The translations under genes were made by a program, and so were the position numbers. From Salinispira sp. (GTDB lineage Bacteria; Spirochaetota; Spirochaetia; DSM-27196; Salinispiraceae), in NCBI GenBank assembly GCA_965226555.1, contig CBDDDG010000019.1, positions 1 through 35,483 on the forward strand: 35,483 nt of DNA, in the 5' to 3' direction. Below the pieces are notes generated by a model. It made no database searches. It was not told where the DNA came from and saw only the letters and a program-made list of their open reading frames with translations. Numbering within the stretch: position 1 is the stretch's first letter; each line of letters opens with the position of its first letter. Positions 16,555 to 25,522 of this stretch are shown here, piece by piece.

Positions 16555-18167
16555 GTGGAATAATCAATGTACGGAAAAATATTGTTTTTCTCCTCAACCT
16601 GGAGGAGCCATGTTGTTTGTACATTACCATTACTCAGCGCGTCATGAATCTGATAAAAATTCCCAATATGTTCACAAATACGCGCCCGGGCATACTCTTC
16701 AGAAATTCCCGACCGCATAATGAAGGCCCAATCGAGGGTTTGGGCGAGTAATATCTCCCGCGCCGCCTGATTCAGAGCGCGGCGGTTAAATCCCTGAGTA
16801 TTCTGAAAACGATCGGCCAATTCCACCATCCGCTCAATGCTTGTGTGTACGTGGCGGTAAATCCAGTCGTTCTGATGATTGAGCAATACCTCGGGATACC
16901 CCGTTCCCCATGAAGAGAATGCCGGACTAACCGTTGTTTTCACAGGGTTCTCCGCAAGGTAGGCGCTGGGAGTAACGAGGGTAATTTCTGAATTTTCCCG
17001 GGAAAAATTCCGTATTACAGCCTCCAGCCACTGGATGCCCTCAAACCACCAATGACCGAAGAGTTCGGCCGAAAAAAGTAAGGTGAAAATGGGATCAGTT
17101 GGAGTATTCGTGTTGGCCATGCGTTGATGCAGGAGACCATGGAAATGCGCAGCGTGCTCGGCTGCCATTTTACTGGCATGAGCAGGAATGTAGATGCGCT
17201 GGGCGCTGGTGGCGGCTGCGTTTGCGGCTGCGTTTGCGGCGGGGTCGCTGGGGTCGGCAGCAGCAGCGGGGGTACCGATCGCATAATATTTATACCCCGT
17301 ATTTATTCTGAAATTTTCCGAGTTAATATATGGGCAGATATATTCGAAATTGAGTTCATGCCCAATGTCGCGATCAAAATTTCTGTAGTTCGGATTTCCG
17401 GGGTACCCATGGGTATCTGACCATACCAGATTCACAAGTTCATAATCCTGCACAAAGAAAACCACACCGTTCGGGGTTTCAAATGGGATGCTTGTGCCGG
17501 AACCGGAATAATCTTTTGCCCGAAGTATGGCGCTGTTATCAAGATAGAAAAATTTCAGATGGGATTTTTTGAGAATTTCTTCCAGCCCCGGATAATATCC
17601 TCCACCAGATAACCAGATGCCCTGCAGATCTTCTCCGAAATTACGATTGTAGCTTTCACGGGTTGCTTCAAGATGAGCATGAATGTTTCCCGGATAGTGT
17701 TCATAAAACGGTAAAAACGGTGAGGTGCCCGGCGTTGTAATAATTTCAATGTTGCCCTTTTTCTGATGCCGGCTGAACTCAGCAAGAATGTTCCGTTTAT
17801 ATACGTGAGAATATAATTCGAGATTTTTGCGAAACATTCTGAGATACATTTTCGCTACTCGCGCGCATTTCCTGTTCCGTATAGTTCGTTTAACTTCTCT
17901 CTTTCCGAGTTCAATACGATTTTCCAGATAACGAACATAGTGTTCCTGCAGGAGTTCATCGTTCAGCATGGTCGCAAGACTGGAGGAAATGCTTATGGTG
18001 AGACCGGCGGGAATTCCGTCGTCATCGAGCCTGTCTATCATGCGGATAAGCGGTATATACGATTCTGAGATGGCCTCAAACAGCCACGTTTCTTCAAGAA
18101 AATTTTCATATTCGGGGTGCCGTATAAATGGAAGATGCGCGTGCAATACTATTTGGAGTTTTCCCAT
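16536..18167 (-). CDS. Glycoside hydrolase family 57 branching-enzyme homologue (DUF1957), both catalytic carboxylates substituted
   Basis: LHAHLPF, WLFEAISESYIPL, VWS..GYPG, AELFGHWWFEG, SSWG and QAAREILLAQ..DWAF motifs. WLPE reads WLSG and YDAE reads FSAE. Confidence 0.9.
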   Translation of the reverse strand: MGKLQIVLHAHLPFIRHPEYENFLEETWLFEAISESYIPLIRMIDRLDDDGIPAGLTISISSSLATMLNDELLQEHYVRYLENRIELGKREVKRTIRNRKCARVAKMYLRMFRKNLELYSHVYKRNILAEFSRHQKKGNIEIITTPGTSPFLPFYEHYPGNIHAHLEATRESYNRNFGEDLQGIWLSGGGYYPGLEEILKKSHLKFFYLDNSAILRAKDYSGSGTSIPFETPNGVVFFVQDYELVNLVWSDTHGYPGNPNYRNFDRDIGHELNFEYICPYINSENFRINTGYKYYAIGTPAAAADPSDPAANAAANAAATSAQRIYIPAHASKMAAEHAAHFHGLLHQRMANTNTPTDPIFTLLFSAELFGHWWFEGIQWLEAVIRNFSRENSEITLVTPSAYLAENPVKTTVSPAFSSWGTGYPEVLLNHQNDWIYRHVHTSIERMVELADRFQNTQGFNRRALNQAAREILLAQTLDWAFIMRSGISEEYARARICEHIGNFYQIHDALSNGNVQTTWLLQVEEKNNIFPYIDYSTFGAAG

Positions 18168-18187
18168 ATAGATATTATCGACATGAT

Positions 18188-18967
18188 TCAGGTAAGTCTT
18201 CTGCGATTAAAGGCCTTAGGTTCAATCTTCTCCGCAGTATTATGAGAATCGAATGTATCGGCACTGCAGGGGGCATGGATAATGCCGGGGACATGGATGA
18301 CTCCAGATCGCGCAAGCACATCGGATTTTAAGGGAGATTCTTCATTGGGGGATTCATGCTCTAGTTCTTCCGATGCATCCTCAAGGTAATATGCCGCTAA
18401 TTCTGCTGCATACAAACAATTTCCTCTGGGTACATGGATATACAAATTGTTATCGGAGATGTGTATGGGAATGTCTGCTTCAATTTTTTCCCCGATTTTT
18501 TTATGATCAGATGAAAATTGTGCATGAGTATCTGCAATACTCTTCAGAAAAATGGAAAAATGCCCAAAGAGAGGGTCGGAAATAATTTTTGCCCGGTCGT
18601 TTCTGGAAATATCCCAATAGGTAAAAACCCATTCAGGATCCCGCAGCATGAGTATTATTCTGGTATAATTGTACTTTTCCGGCAGCGTATATTCAATTTT
18701 TCGCGATTTTCTCTGAAAACAGAGCTCATCAATACCTGTGAAATGCCTCTGATGCCCCTGAACAGGAAGTGAATCGTAATACTTGCGTTCTACCCGAACT
18801 TCTTCCAATGCCTCATACACCTGTTCTTCCAGTTTCTTTCTGACATCGGGTGAAAAATTATACGCATTTTCTGAATTCGGAAGAGTATCGTCTATATGCA
18901 CAAGGACAATTTCCGCCAGTTTAATGAGATTCCTGTTGCTTAATCCTGCTATTCGTTCCCTTGTCAT
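18188..18967 (-). CDS. DUF4912 domain-containing protein
   Basis: LPEKYNYTRIILMLRDPEWVFTYWDI and ARS..I.VP signatures. Typical neighbour of GH57. Confidence 0.82.
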   Translation of the reverse strand: MTRERIAGLSNRNLIKLAEIVLVHIDDTLPNSENAYNFSPDVRKKLEEQVYEALEEVRVERKYYDSLPVQGHQRHFTGIDELCFQRKSRKIEYTLPEKYNYTRIILMLRDPEWVFTYWDISRNDRAKIISDPLFGHFSIFLKSIADTHAQFSSDHKKIGEKIEADIPIHISDNNLYIHVPRGNCLYAAELAAYYLEDASEELEHESPNEESPLKSDVLARSGVIHVPGIIHAPCSADTFDSHNTAEKIEPKAFNRRRLT

Positions 18968-18982
18968 ATAGTTGTCAGCACA

Positions 18983-19067
18983 ACACTATATTATGCGGAA
19001 ATCCTTGTCAAGATACACGCATGCCCAAAGATTATTTTTTGACAAGCAGGAGATAATTTTGTATGGT
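18983..19067. promoter_or_regulatory. Back-to-back sigma70-type promoters for DUF4912-GH57 (minus) and res-mod (plus)
   Basis: Minus strand: TTGACA (19011-19006), 17 nt, TAGTGT (18988-18983). Plus strand: TTGACA (19039-19044), 17 nt, TATGGT (19062-19067). Confidence 0.65.
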
Positions 19068-19088
19068 CTACAAAATGAGATTACGGAT

Positions 19089-22001
19089 ATGCGGAACAAA
19101 AGCGCCATATACAACCTGATTCGAAACAAGGTTACTGTGTGGCTGCAACAGGAAAAAGAACATCATCAATCGCTCATAAGCCCCATACTGCGGCACATGG
19201 ATAAAACCGGCAAGCTCCGCCCCCCGCAGCGGGAGGCCATTGAGGCCTACCTCTGGCTCAGCTTTGTCGGGGGCAAAAAACGGCTCTCCGACATGCTGCG
19301 GGAGGGGCTGCTGTACAATGAGGAAGATGCCCAAAAATACGACAACTACCATACCTTTGCCGGGCGGGAGAATGAATACACGCTGCAGTTCCTTAATCAA
19401 TTTTTTATTGATAACGAACTGAACACCCTCCACAAGCGCATGGTCAACGATCCGGAGGGCATACAGACCGACTGGTCAAAACTGCTCAATGACCTGCTGC
19501 ATAACTTTGCCTATTCGAATTATTTATTCAGCCTGCCCATGGGGGCGGGCAAAACCTTTCTCATGGCCTGCTTTATTTATATTGATCTATATTTTGCATC
19601 GCTGTTCAGAGATGATCCCCGCTTTGCCCATAATTTTGTTGTGCTGGCTCCTCAGGCCTCAAAGACCGCCATTCTTCCCTCACTCAGTACCATTAAGCAG
19701 TTTAATCCCGAGTGGATTCTCCCGAAAAAGGAAGCCGACAGACTGCAGCGCGCGGTCAGCATTGAAATATTGGACAGCCTCAGTTCCCGGAGAAAGGACA
19801 AGCTGCATGGGAACAACCCCAACCTTGAGAAACTGAACCGAATGCGGCATACAAAGAACTTTGGCATGGTATTCATTACCAACGCAGAAAAGGTTGTTCT
19901 CCAAAATTATAGTGAACGAGACCATCTCTTAATGGAAGATCTGAAAGATAAACAGACGGACATGCTGGACACGAGAATTCTGGATGATATTGTCAAAACC
20001 AACAAACTGAGAGAAGCCCTCTCGCAGATTCCCAACCTGACAGTCATTTTAGATGAAGTGCACCACGCATATAAAACAACGGGCGGGGGAGAGAAAAAAC
20101 TCAGGGCTGCGGTCAATGTGCTGAACCAAAACGGCAATGTGCATGCGGTAATTGGCCTCTCCGGCACTCCCTACGTTAAAACGCGCATCGACATTGCGGA
20201 CGAAAGCATCAACTTGAATCAGATACAGGACATTGTCTACCATTATCCTCTGAATCATGGAATAGGCAGTTTTCTGAAAATACCGGATATACGCTCGGCA
20301 GATATAAAGGAGCAGGCATTTATTGCGCAGGCCATATCCGATTTTTTCGCTCATTACGATATTGAGTATGATGACGGCACGAAGAGCAAGGTTGTTTTCT
20401 ACTGTCCCTCAGTTGAGGTGCTGAACAGCGCCATTCTGCCGGTTATCAGCAGATGGTACAGCGAACACCGCGCGGGCAGGGAGTACGAACTTCTTCGTTA
20501 TTATTCCCGTGTGGATAAAAAAAACAGACAGTACGCGCTCCCCCGGGAAAACCTCGCGCTGTTCAATAACCTCGACAAGCCCTATTCGAAAAAGCGGGTC
20601 ATATTGCTGGTCGCCGTGGGCACCGAGGGTTGGAATTGCCGAAGCCTCAGCGCTGTCGTTCTGCCCCGGCAGAAAACCACAAAGAACTTTGTGCTCCAGA
20701 CCACCTGCCGCTGCCTGCGTGAGGTAACAGAGGCATCGCGGGAACATGCGCTCGTGTATCTTTCGACAGATAATTACGAGACTCTCGACAAGGAACTGCA
20801 GGAAAATTACCGGCTTTCAATTAGCGACCTGTCTCAGAAAAATGAGCAATCTATTGAGGTACAGGTGCGAAAACCCCGACTCGGTACGCTGCGCTACCGG
20901 CAAATTGACTCCGACTATCGGATTCTCGGCAAAAAAAACCCAACAACAACCGAAATAAAAAAGGCATTGGCAGCCTTCAATTTTGAGGACATAAAACGGA
21001 AATTCCCCTACAGCGCGCATATCCGTTCCGGGCGCATTGGAGAATCCGAACTGATTCATGAATCCGAACTGATTCATGAATATGACAATGTCGCGCAGGC
21101 ATCTCAGTACGATGCCCCCCCGATCACGGAGCTCAATGACTTCATTTATGAGCTTGCCGCTAAAATTTCCGGCAAATATGCGGAGGTTGAACTTACCCGC
21201 GACTTTCGCGGGGAGCTCGTGTCAATTTACCGGCACATTGAGCAGGAACGGAACTGGCTCTCAGCGCATCCGCGGCTCGGCATGGGCGCTATTCTGTCCA
21301 TAATAGCCGAATCCTTTATGAACAGCCTTGAATGCGCCCGCGAGGTCATGAGCAGCGAAACGGAAATAGAGTTGCTTGAGTGGGAGGGCAGCAACAGGGA
21401 AATTCGTATTGTTTCGCCCGAGGGGAGGGTGTATAAAATTATGCCCCGCATTCGCCGGGAAGATCTGCTGGGCAAACGGGGCTACATCAATCATCCACAG
21501 AATATGGAAGATGATTTTTTCAGACCTCAACAGAGCTGCGATCCTCATGACATGAGCTACAACTACATTCCCTACCGCATGGATAGCGAGTTTGAACGGA
21601 ACGCGCTGACCGAAATGCTCAGGCTGAGTGAGCTGAAAAACCTTGAGCTATATTTTAACGGCTACCGCGATAACCGCCTGCAATCGTTTTGGATTCAGAC
21701 TCCCCGCGGACGCTACACCCCCGACTTTCTCATTCTCAAACGCAGCAAGAATGAAAAATATGAAAAAAGCAGACGCATTCCCATTGAAAAGGCGCTCATT
21801 ATAGAAACCAAGGGCAGACCCTATTACGATGCGGAATTTCAGGCAAAGGAGAAATTTGTGAAAGAGGAATTTCTGGAATATAATAGGCATTTCCGCTACC
21901 ATTGTTTTGTTGATGATGACGGCAACGATTTCGGCAGTCATCTCCATACATTCCGGCAATTACTGAGAGATTTTACGCATGAAGAACGCAAAACCGTATA
22001 A
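19089..22001 (+). CDS. res: Type III restriction-like Res subunit (SF2 DEAD/DEAH helicase-ATPase plus C-terminal PD-(D/E)xK nuclease)
   Basis: LRPPQREAI, PMGAGKT (Walker A), ILDEVHH, GLSGTP, EGWN, LQTTCRCLR and YTPDF...IIETKG. Start placed at ATG 19089, downstream of the promoter. Confidence 0.85.
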   Translation: MRNKSAIYNLIRNKVTVWLQQEKEHHQSLISPILRHMDKTGKLRPPQREAIEAYLWLSFVGGKKRLSDMLREGLLYNEEDAQKYDNYHTFAGRENEYTLQFLNQFFIDNELNTLHKRMVNDPEGIQTDWSKLLNDLLHNFAYSNYLFSLPMGAGKTFLMACFIYIDLYFASLFRDDPRFAHNFVVLAPQASKTAILPSLSTIKQFNPEWILPKKEADRLQRAVSIEILDSLSSRRKDKLHGNNPNLEKLNRMRHTKNFGMVFITNAEKVVLQNYSERDHLLMEDLKDKQTDMLDTRILDDIVKTNKLREALSQIPNLTVILDEVHHAYKTTGGGEKKLRAAVNVLNQNGNVHAVIGLSGTPYVKTRIDIADESINLNQIQDIVYHYPLNHGIGSFLKIPDIRSADIKEQAFIAQAISDFFAHYDIEYDDGTKSKVVFYCPSVEVLNSAILPVISRWYSEHRAGREYELLRYYSRVDKKNRQYALPRENLALFNNLDKPYSKKRVILLVAVGTEGWNCRSLSAVVLPRQKTTKNFVLQTTCRCLREVTEASREHALVYLSTDNYETLDKELQENYRLSISDLSQKNEQSIEVQVRKPRLGTLRYRQIDSDYRILGKKNPTTTEIKKALAAFNFEDIKRKFPYSAHIRSGRIGESELIHESELIHEYDNVAQASQYDAPPITELNDFIYELAAKISGKYAEVELTRDFRGELVSIYRHIEQERNWLSAHPRLGMGAILSIIAESFMNSLECAREVMSSETEIELLEWEGSNREIRIVSPEGRVYKIMPRIRREDLLGKRGYINHPQNMEDDFFRPQQSCDPHDMSYNYIPYRMDSEFERNALTEMLRLSELKNLELYFNGYRDNRLQSFWIQTPRGRYTPDFLILKRSKNEKYEKSRRIPIEKALIIETKGRPYYDAEFQAKEKFVKEEFLEYNRHFRYHCFVDDDGNDFGSHLHTFRQLLRDFTHEERKTV
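21042..21077 (+). repeat. 18-bp tandem duplication (ESELIH x2) within res
   Basis: gaatccgaactgattcat occurs twice in tandem. Confidence 0.85.
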
Positions 22002-23745
22002 TATACCCCCGGCTGAGGGGCAGGCTATTCTCAATTTTCAGAACCGCCGACTTCCCGACTCTGTCGATGTTTTTGAAACCGCGCTCATTGAGGAAGTGAG
22101 AAACGCGCCGGGCACTCCGGGTGCTCCGGGCAACAGCGACTCTTCCGCAGAGAAGGAGCGGCAGACGCACCCGAATTTCACGAACCTGCTCATTCAGGGC
22201 GACTGCCTCTCTGCCTGCGCCTTGCTGAAGGATCGGAATGTTGCCGTTGACCTTGTTTACATTGACCCGCCCTTTGCCAGCGGGGCGAACTATGCAAAAA
22301 AAATCTATGTGAGGAATGGCGGCAAAACCGAGGTACACGATAGCAGCGCCATTGGCGAAGAAATTATGTATGGAGATATTTGGCAGAAGGAAGACTACCT
22401 GAACTGGCTCTATGAACGGCTGCTCGCCATCCGCGATATTATGAGCGAGCGGGGCAGTATTTACGTTCATCTGGACTGGCACATTGGGCATTATGTGAAG
22501 GTGCTCATGGATGAGGTGTTCGGAGAAGAGAATTTTGTTAATGAGATTGTTTGGTCTTACGATTTCGGAGGCAGAGGAAAAAATGAATGGCCTAAGAAAC
22601 ATGATAATATTTTTTTATATAGGAAAAACGAAAATATCTATTTTGAAATAGACTCAATAGAACGAATCCCCTACAAGGGCAAATTACACGAATATAGGGG
22701 ATCAAATAAACTGGGTAAAACTCCAACAGATGTCTGGGATATACCACTTGAAAATAAAATGTCTCATGAGATTACACATTACAATACTCAAAAACCTATT
22801 AAATTACTTGAACGAATCATCAGGGTATCTTCTGATGAGGGCATGCTTGTTGCCGATTTTTTCTCCGGTTCCGGCACCACTGCCAAGGTTGCGGGCGACC
22901 TGAACAGAAAATTCATTGCCTGCGACATCGGCATAAACGCGGTGCAGACAACGCGCGATCGGCTCGTGAAGGCAGGAGCGGAATTCGACATTCTCAGAAT
23001 ACAGGACGGTCTGCGGCTCTTCCGGAATCCTGCGCAGACCGCGAAAAGACTATTTAGCCTCATTAATGGCTTCAAACCGCGCGAGGAGCTGGAATTGGGC
23101 AATTTCTGGGACGGAGGCATTGCTCAACAAACAGGCCATTATACGCCAGTGAAATTTTCAGGCATTCACGAAAAACTAACCAGAGAACTGCTGGACATGT
23201 ACCTCGAAGAAATTTATCGGCTGGAAGACACAACAGACAGAACAAACAAAATTATCATTATCTATGCTCACAAGACTCTCGATATCGATCAGCAATATCT
23301 CGATAAGCGACTGCATGATGAAGAAAGAACCGAACTGCCGGTTCAGCTCAGGGCCTTAGATGACCTCCTCGGAGAAAAACGCGATGCATTGTTCACCCCC
23401 GATAATGCGGCTATTCAGATAACGCGGCAGGGAACTGCCTATCGGGTCGAAATTACGGCATTCTTCAGCCCCTATCTGAAAAAAAAGCTCGATGACTACA
23501 ACATGAAGAGTCTGCGGGGCGGTCGGGAGGCGATACGGCTGAGCGATACGGGGCTGGAGCTCATTGAGGCGGTGCAGTTCGATACCACGCTCGGCCCCGC
23601 ATGGCGAAGTAACCGGCAGCTTGAGGACAGAGCAGGCGCGAAGGAAAAAGTTTCGGGCGTCTACACGCTGAACACTAACTCATTCAAAATGAAGATTCGC
23701 AACATTGCGGGCGATGAAATTATCATTAACAGCAATGATATGTGA
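21979..23745 (+). CDS. mod: Site-specific N6-adenine/N4-cytosine DNA methyltransferase (beta class, type III Mod-like)
   Basis: LIQGDCL, VYIDPPF (motif IV), GSIYVHLDWH, NEIVW, DVW, TQKP..LLERII and DFFSGSGTT (motif I). Overlaps res by 23 nt. Confidence 0.92.
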   Translation: MKNAKPYNIPPAEGQAILNFQNRRLPDSVDVFETALIEEVRNAPGTPGAPGNSDSSAEKERQTHPNFTNLLIQGDCLSACALLKDRNVAVDLVYIDPPFASGANYAKKIYVRNGGKTEVHDSSAIGEEIMYGDIWQKEDYLNWLYERLLAIRDIMSERGSIYVHLDWHIGHYVKVLMDEVFGEENFVNEIVWSYDFGGRGKNEWPKKHDNIFLYRKNENIYFEIDSIERIPYKGKLHEYRGSNKLGKTPTDVWDIPLENKMSHEITHYNTQKPIKLLERIIRVSSDEGMLVADFFSGSGTTAKVAGDLNRKFIACDIGINAVQTTRDRLVKAGAEFDILRIQDGLRLFRNPAQTAKRLFSLINGFKPREELELGNFWDGGIAQQTGHYTPVKFSGIHEKLTRELLDMYLEEIYRLEDTTDRTNKIIIIYAHKTLDIDQQYLDKRLHDEERTELPVQLRALDDLLGEKRDALFTPDNAAIQITRQGTAYRVEITAFFSPYLKKKLDDYNMKSLRGGREAIRLSDTGLELIEAVQFDTTLGPAWRSNRQLEDRAGAKEKVSGVYTLNTNSFKMKIRNIAGDEIIINSNDM

Positions 23746-23758
23746 CATTATTCATCAA

Positions 23759-23946
23759 GAAAGTTTTGCAAAATGCAAAACTTTCTATAAAATAGGAGAA
23801 TGCTAAGCACAAAGAAAGCATTCCAGACGGACGCATGGGCGAGCAGGAGGCGCAGCCTCCGACCAGCCCTCGGAAACTTTTGCTACTGGAAATTGCGCTT
23901 GCGCAATTTTCCAATGCAAAAGTTTCATCAATATGCTGATCGATGA
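23759..23946 (+). other. Structured intergenic element: palindromic promoter-like box plus three hairpins (candidate ncRNA, REP/MITE-like repeat, or 48-codon leaderless ORF)
   Basis: Perfect 12-bp inverted repeat at 23759-23785. Stems at 23798-23823, 23837-23869 and 23873-23926. Partial second copy at 8128-8162. Confidence 0.6.
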
Positions 23947-23979
23947 AATGGTTGAATTCGCCCATTGGGTAAAATATGG

Positions 23980-24008
23980 TTGACACACACTTATTTTTTA
24001 GTGATAAT
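23980..24008 (+). promoter_or_regulatory. sigma70-type promoter of repeat lipoprotein 2
   Basis: TTGACA (23980-23985), 17 nt, GATAAT (24003-24008). GGAG SD at 24069-24072. Confidence 0.65.
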
Positions 24009-24076
24009 GGAATACAATGGATCCTGAAAAATACTATTTCCGCGATGCATTGTGAATAAGATTTTATGGAGATAAT

Positions 24077-25489
24077 ATGTACAGATATTTAGACCTTGAA
24101 CGAAAAAGCCGGAAGCATTCCGCACAGAAAGGTTTCGGATTGTATGTGCTCACGGCATTTTTTATTGTGGGGGTACTTCTCACCGCCTGCGATATGTGGG
24201 GGTTTTATGACGATGGTATTCACTCTATCACCGGCACTGAATACGACCTCTACGGTTATGACAAAGACGGCTACAATGCAGCCGGTTTTGATGCTGACGG
24301 TAATCATCGTAACGGCACGAAATATGGACCGGATGGCTATGACGAACAGGGTTATGACGCAGAAGGTTTTAATGCTGCGGGCTATGACGTTGCCGGTTAC
24401 GACAAAGACGGCTTTAACGCTGAAGGCAAACACCGCGACACCGGCATGGAATACGACCTCTACGGTTATGGCAAAGACGGCTACAACGCAGCCGGTTTTA
24501 ATGCTGCCGGTGATCATCGTAACGGAACGAAATACGGCGATGATGGCTATGACGAACAGGGTTATGACGCAGAAGGCTTTAATGCCGCGGGCTTTGACTC
24601 AAGGGGTTACGACAAAAACGGTTTTAATGCCGCAGGCATTCACCGCGACACCGGCACGGTATACAACCTAGATGGCTTTACCATTGCAGGCAGTCACCGG
24701 GTAACTAAAACGGACTATGACCCGCGCGGGTTCAAGATAGACGGATATAACGATGCAGGAGTTTACCGAGACGATTTCCCCACGCTTGATGCCGCGAATA
24801 CTACCCCCGTAGGCTTATGGTCGAATGGGGAAACAATGTGGGTCTCGAATCAAAATAGTCCTCATAAAATCTATGCCTACAAGATGAGTGACAAGTCGCG
24901 AGATGCGGCAAAAGATATTGATGTGTCTGGGGAACTTAACGTTTTGAGAGGCATTTGGTCGGATGGGACAACAATGTGGGCTCTTGCTCCCTACCCCTCC
25001 TTGGGCCTCTATGCCTACCATCTAACTGATAGTGCTGAAACTGCCAGCGCTACCGATACCCATAGCTACGGAGACTATGTTGATAACTCAAAAATTAGCT
25101 TTGTGTCAGGGCATACTACTTCCATAGATCTCTGGTCAGATGGGGAAACAATGTGGGTCTCGAATGCAACAGCTCGTATCTATGCCTACACAATGAGTAA
25201 CGGGATGCACGATTCCAGCAAAGATATTACTACGACAGATACCATTAAAGGTTTATGGTCGAATGGAACAACAATGTGGGTGGCGAATAGTAGCAATAAC
25301 AACATCTCTGCCTACAAAATGAGTGACAATTCACGCGATCCGGACAAAGATTTTAACAACACGGGTATTACTGGGGCTTACGGTCTGTATTCTGATGATG
25401 TGGCAACAATGTGGGCAGTGGATTTTACCAATAATAAAATCTACGCCTACGACTTAGCGACCCGCGCCCGTCCGCTCAGGGAAGAATAG
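24077..25489 (+). CDS. Repeat lipoprotein (lipobox, GYD/GFN repeats, five WSxGxTMWV propeller-like blades), intact paralog of 1069-2609
   Basis: Lipobox LLTA-C (Cys codon 24188-24190). GFYDDGIHS..GT.YDLYGYDKDGYNA and the C-terminal KI.AYDLAT are shared with the paralog. Confidence 0.85.
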   Translation: MYRYLDLERKSRKHSAQKGFGLYVLTAFFIVGVLLTACDMWGFYDDGIHSITGTEYDLYGYDKDGYNAAGFDADGNHRNGTKYGPDGYDEQGYDAEGFNAAGYDVAGYDKDGFNAEGKHRDTGMEYDLYGYGKDGYNAAGFNAAGDHRNGTKYGDDGYDEQGYDAEGFNAAGFDSRGYDKNGFNAAGIHRDTGTVYNLDGFTIAGSHRVTKTDYDPRGFKIDGYNDAGVYRDDFPTLDAANTTPVGLWSNGETMWVSNQNSPHKIYAYKMSDKSRDAAKDIDVSGELNVLRGIWSDGTTMWALAPYPSLGLYAYHLTDSAETASATDTHSYGDYVDNSKISFVSGHTTSIDLWSDGETMWVSNATARIYAYTMSNGMHDSSKDITTTDTIKGLWSNGTTMWVANSSNNNISAYKMSDNSRDPDKDFNNTGITGAYGLYSDDVATMWAVDFTNNKIYAYDLATRARPLREE

Positions 25490-25522
25490 GCATCATCCGG
25501 GAAACCACCATAGAGAGGAACC

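Noticed and set aside
20931..20938. A8 tract in res (and T7 at 1226-1232) as phase-variation switches
   Set aside because: The runs are short and in frame, and similar runs occur in fusA and metF; no sign of switching.
23726..23988. Minus-strand ORFs (86 aa, 61 aa) across the structured element
   Set aside because: No SD or recognisable protein features; the region is better explained by its inverted-repeat structure.
13698..24059. DnaA boxes TTATTCACA (13698-13706), TGTGGATAA (20510-20518) and TGTGAATAA (24051-24059)
   Set aside because: They are isolated and unclustered. About two matches to TTWTNCACA are expected by chance in a window of this size, and there is no origin context.
1069..25489. 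Diversity-generating retroelement (TR/VR pair) among the lipoprotein repeats
   Set aside because: Differences between repeat copies are not adenine-specific, both copies are coding, and there is no reverse transcriptase in the window.
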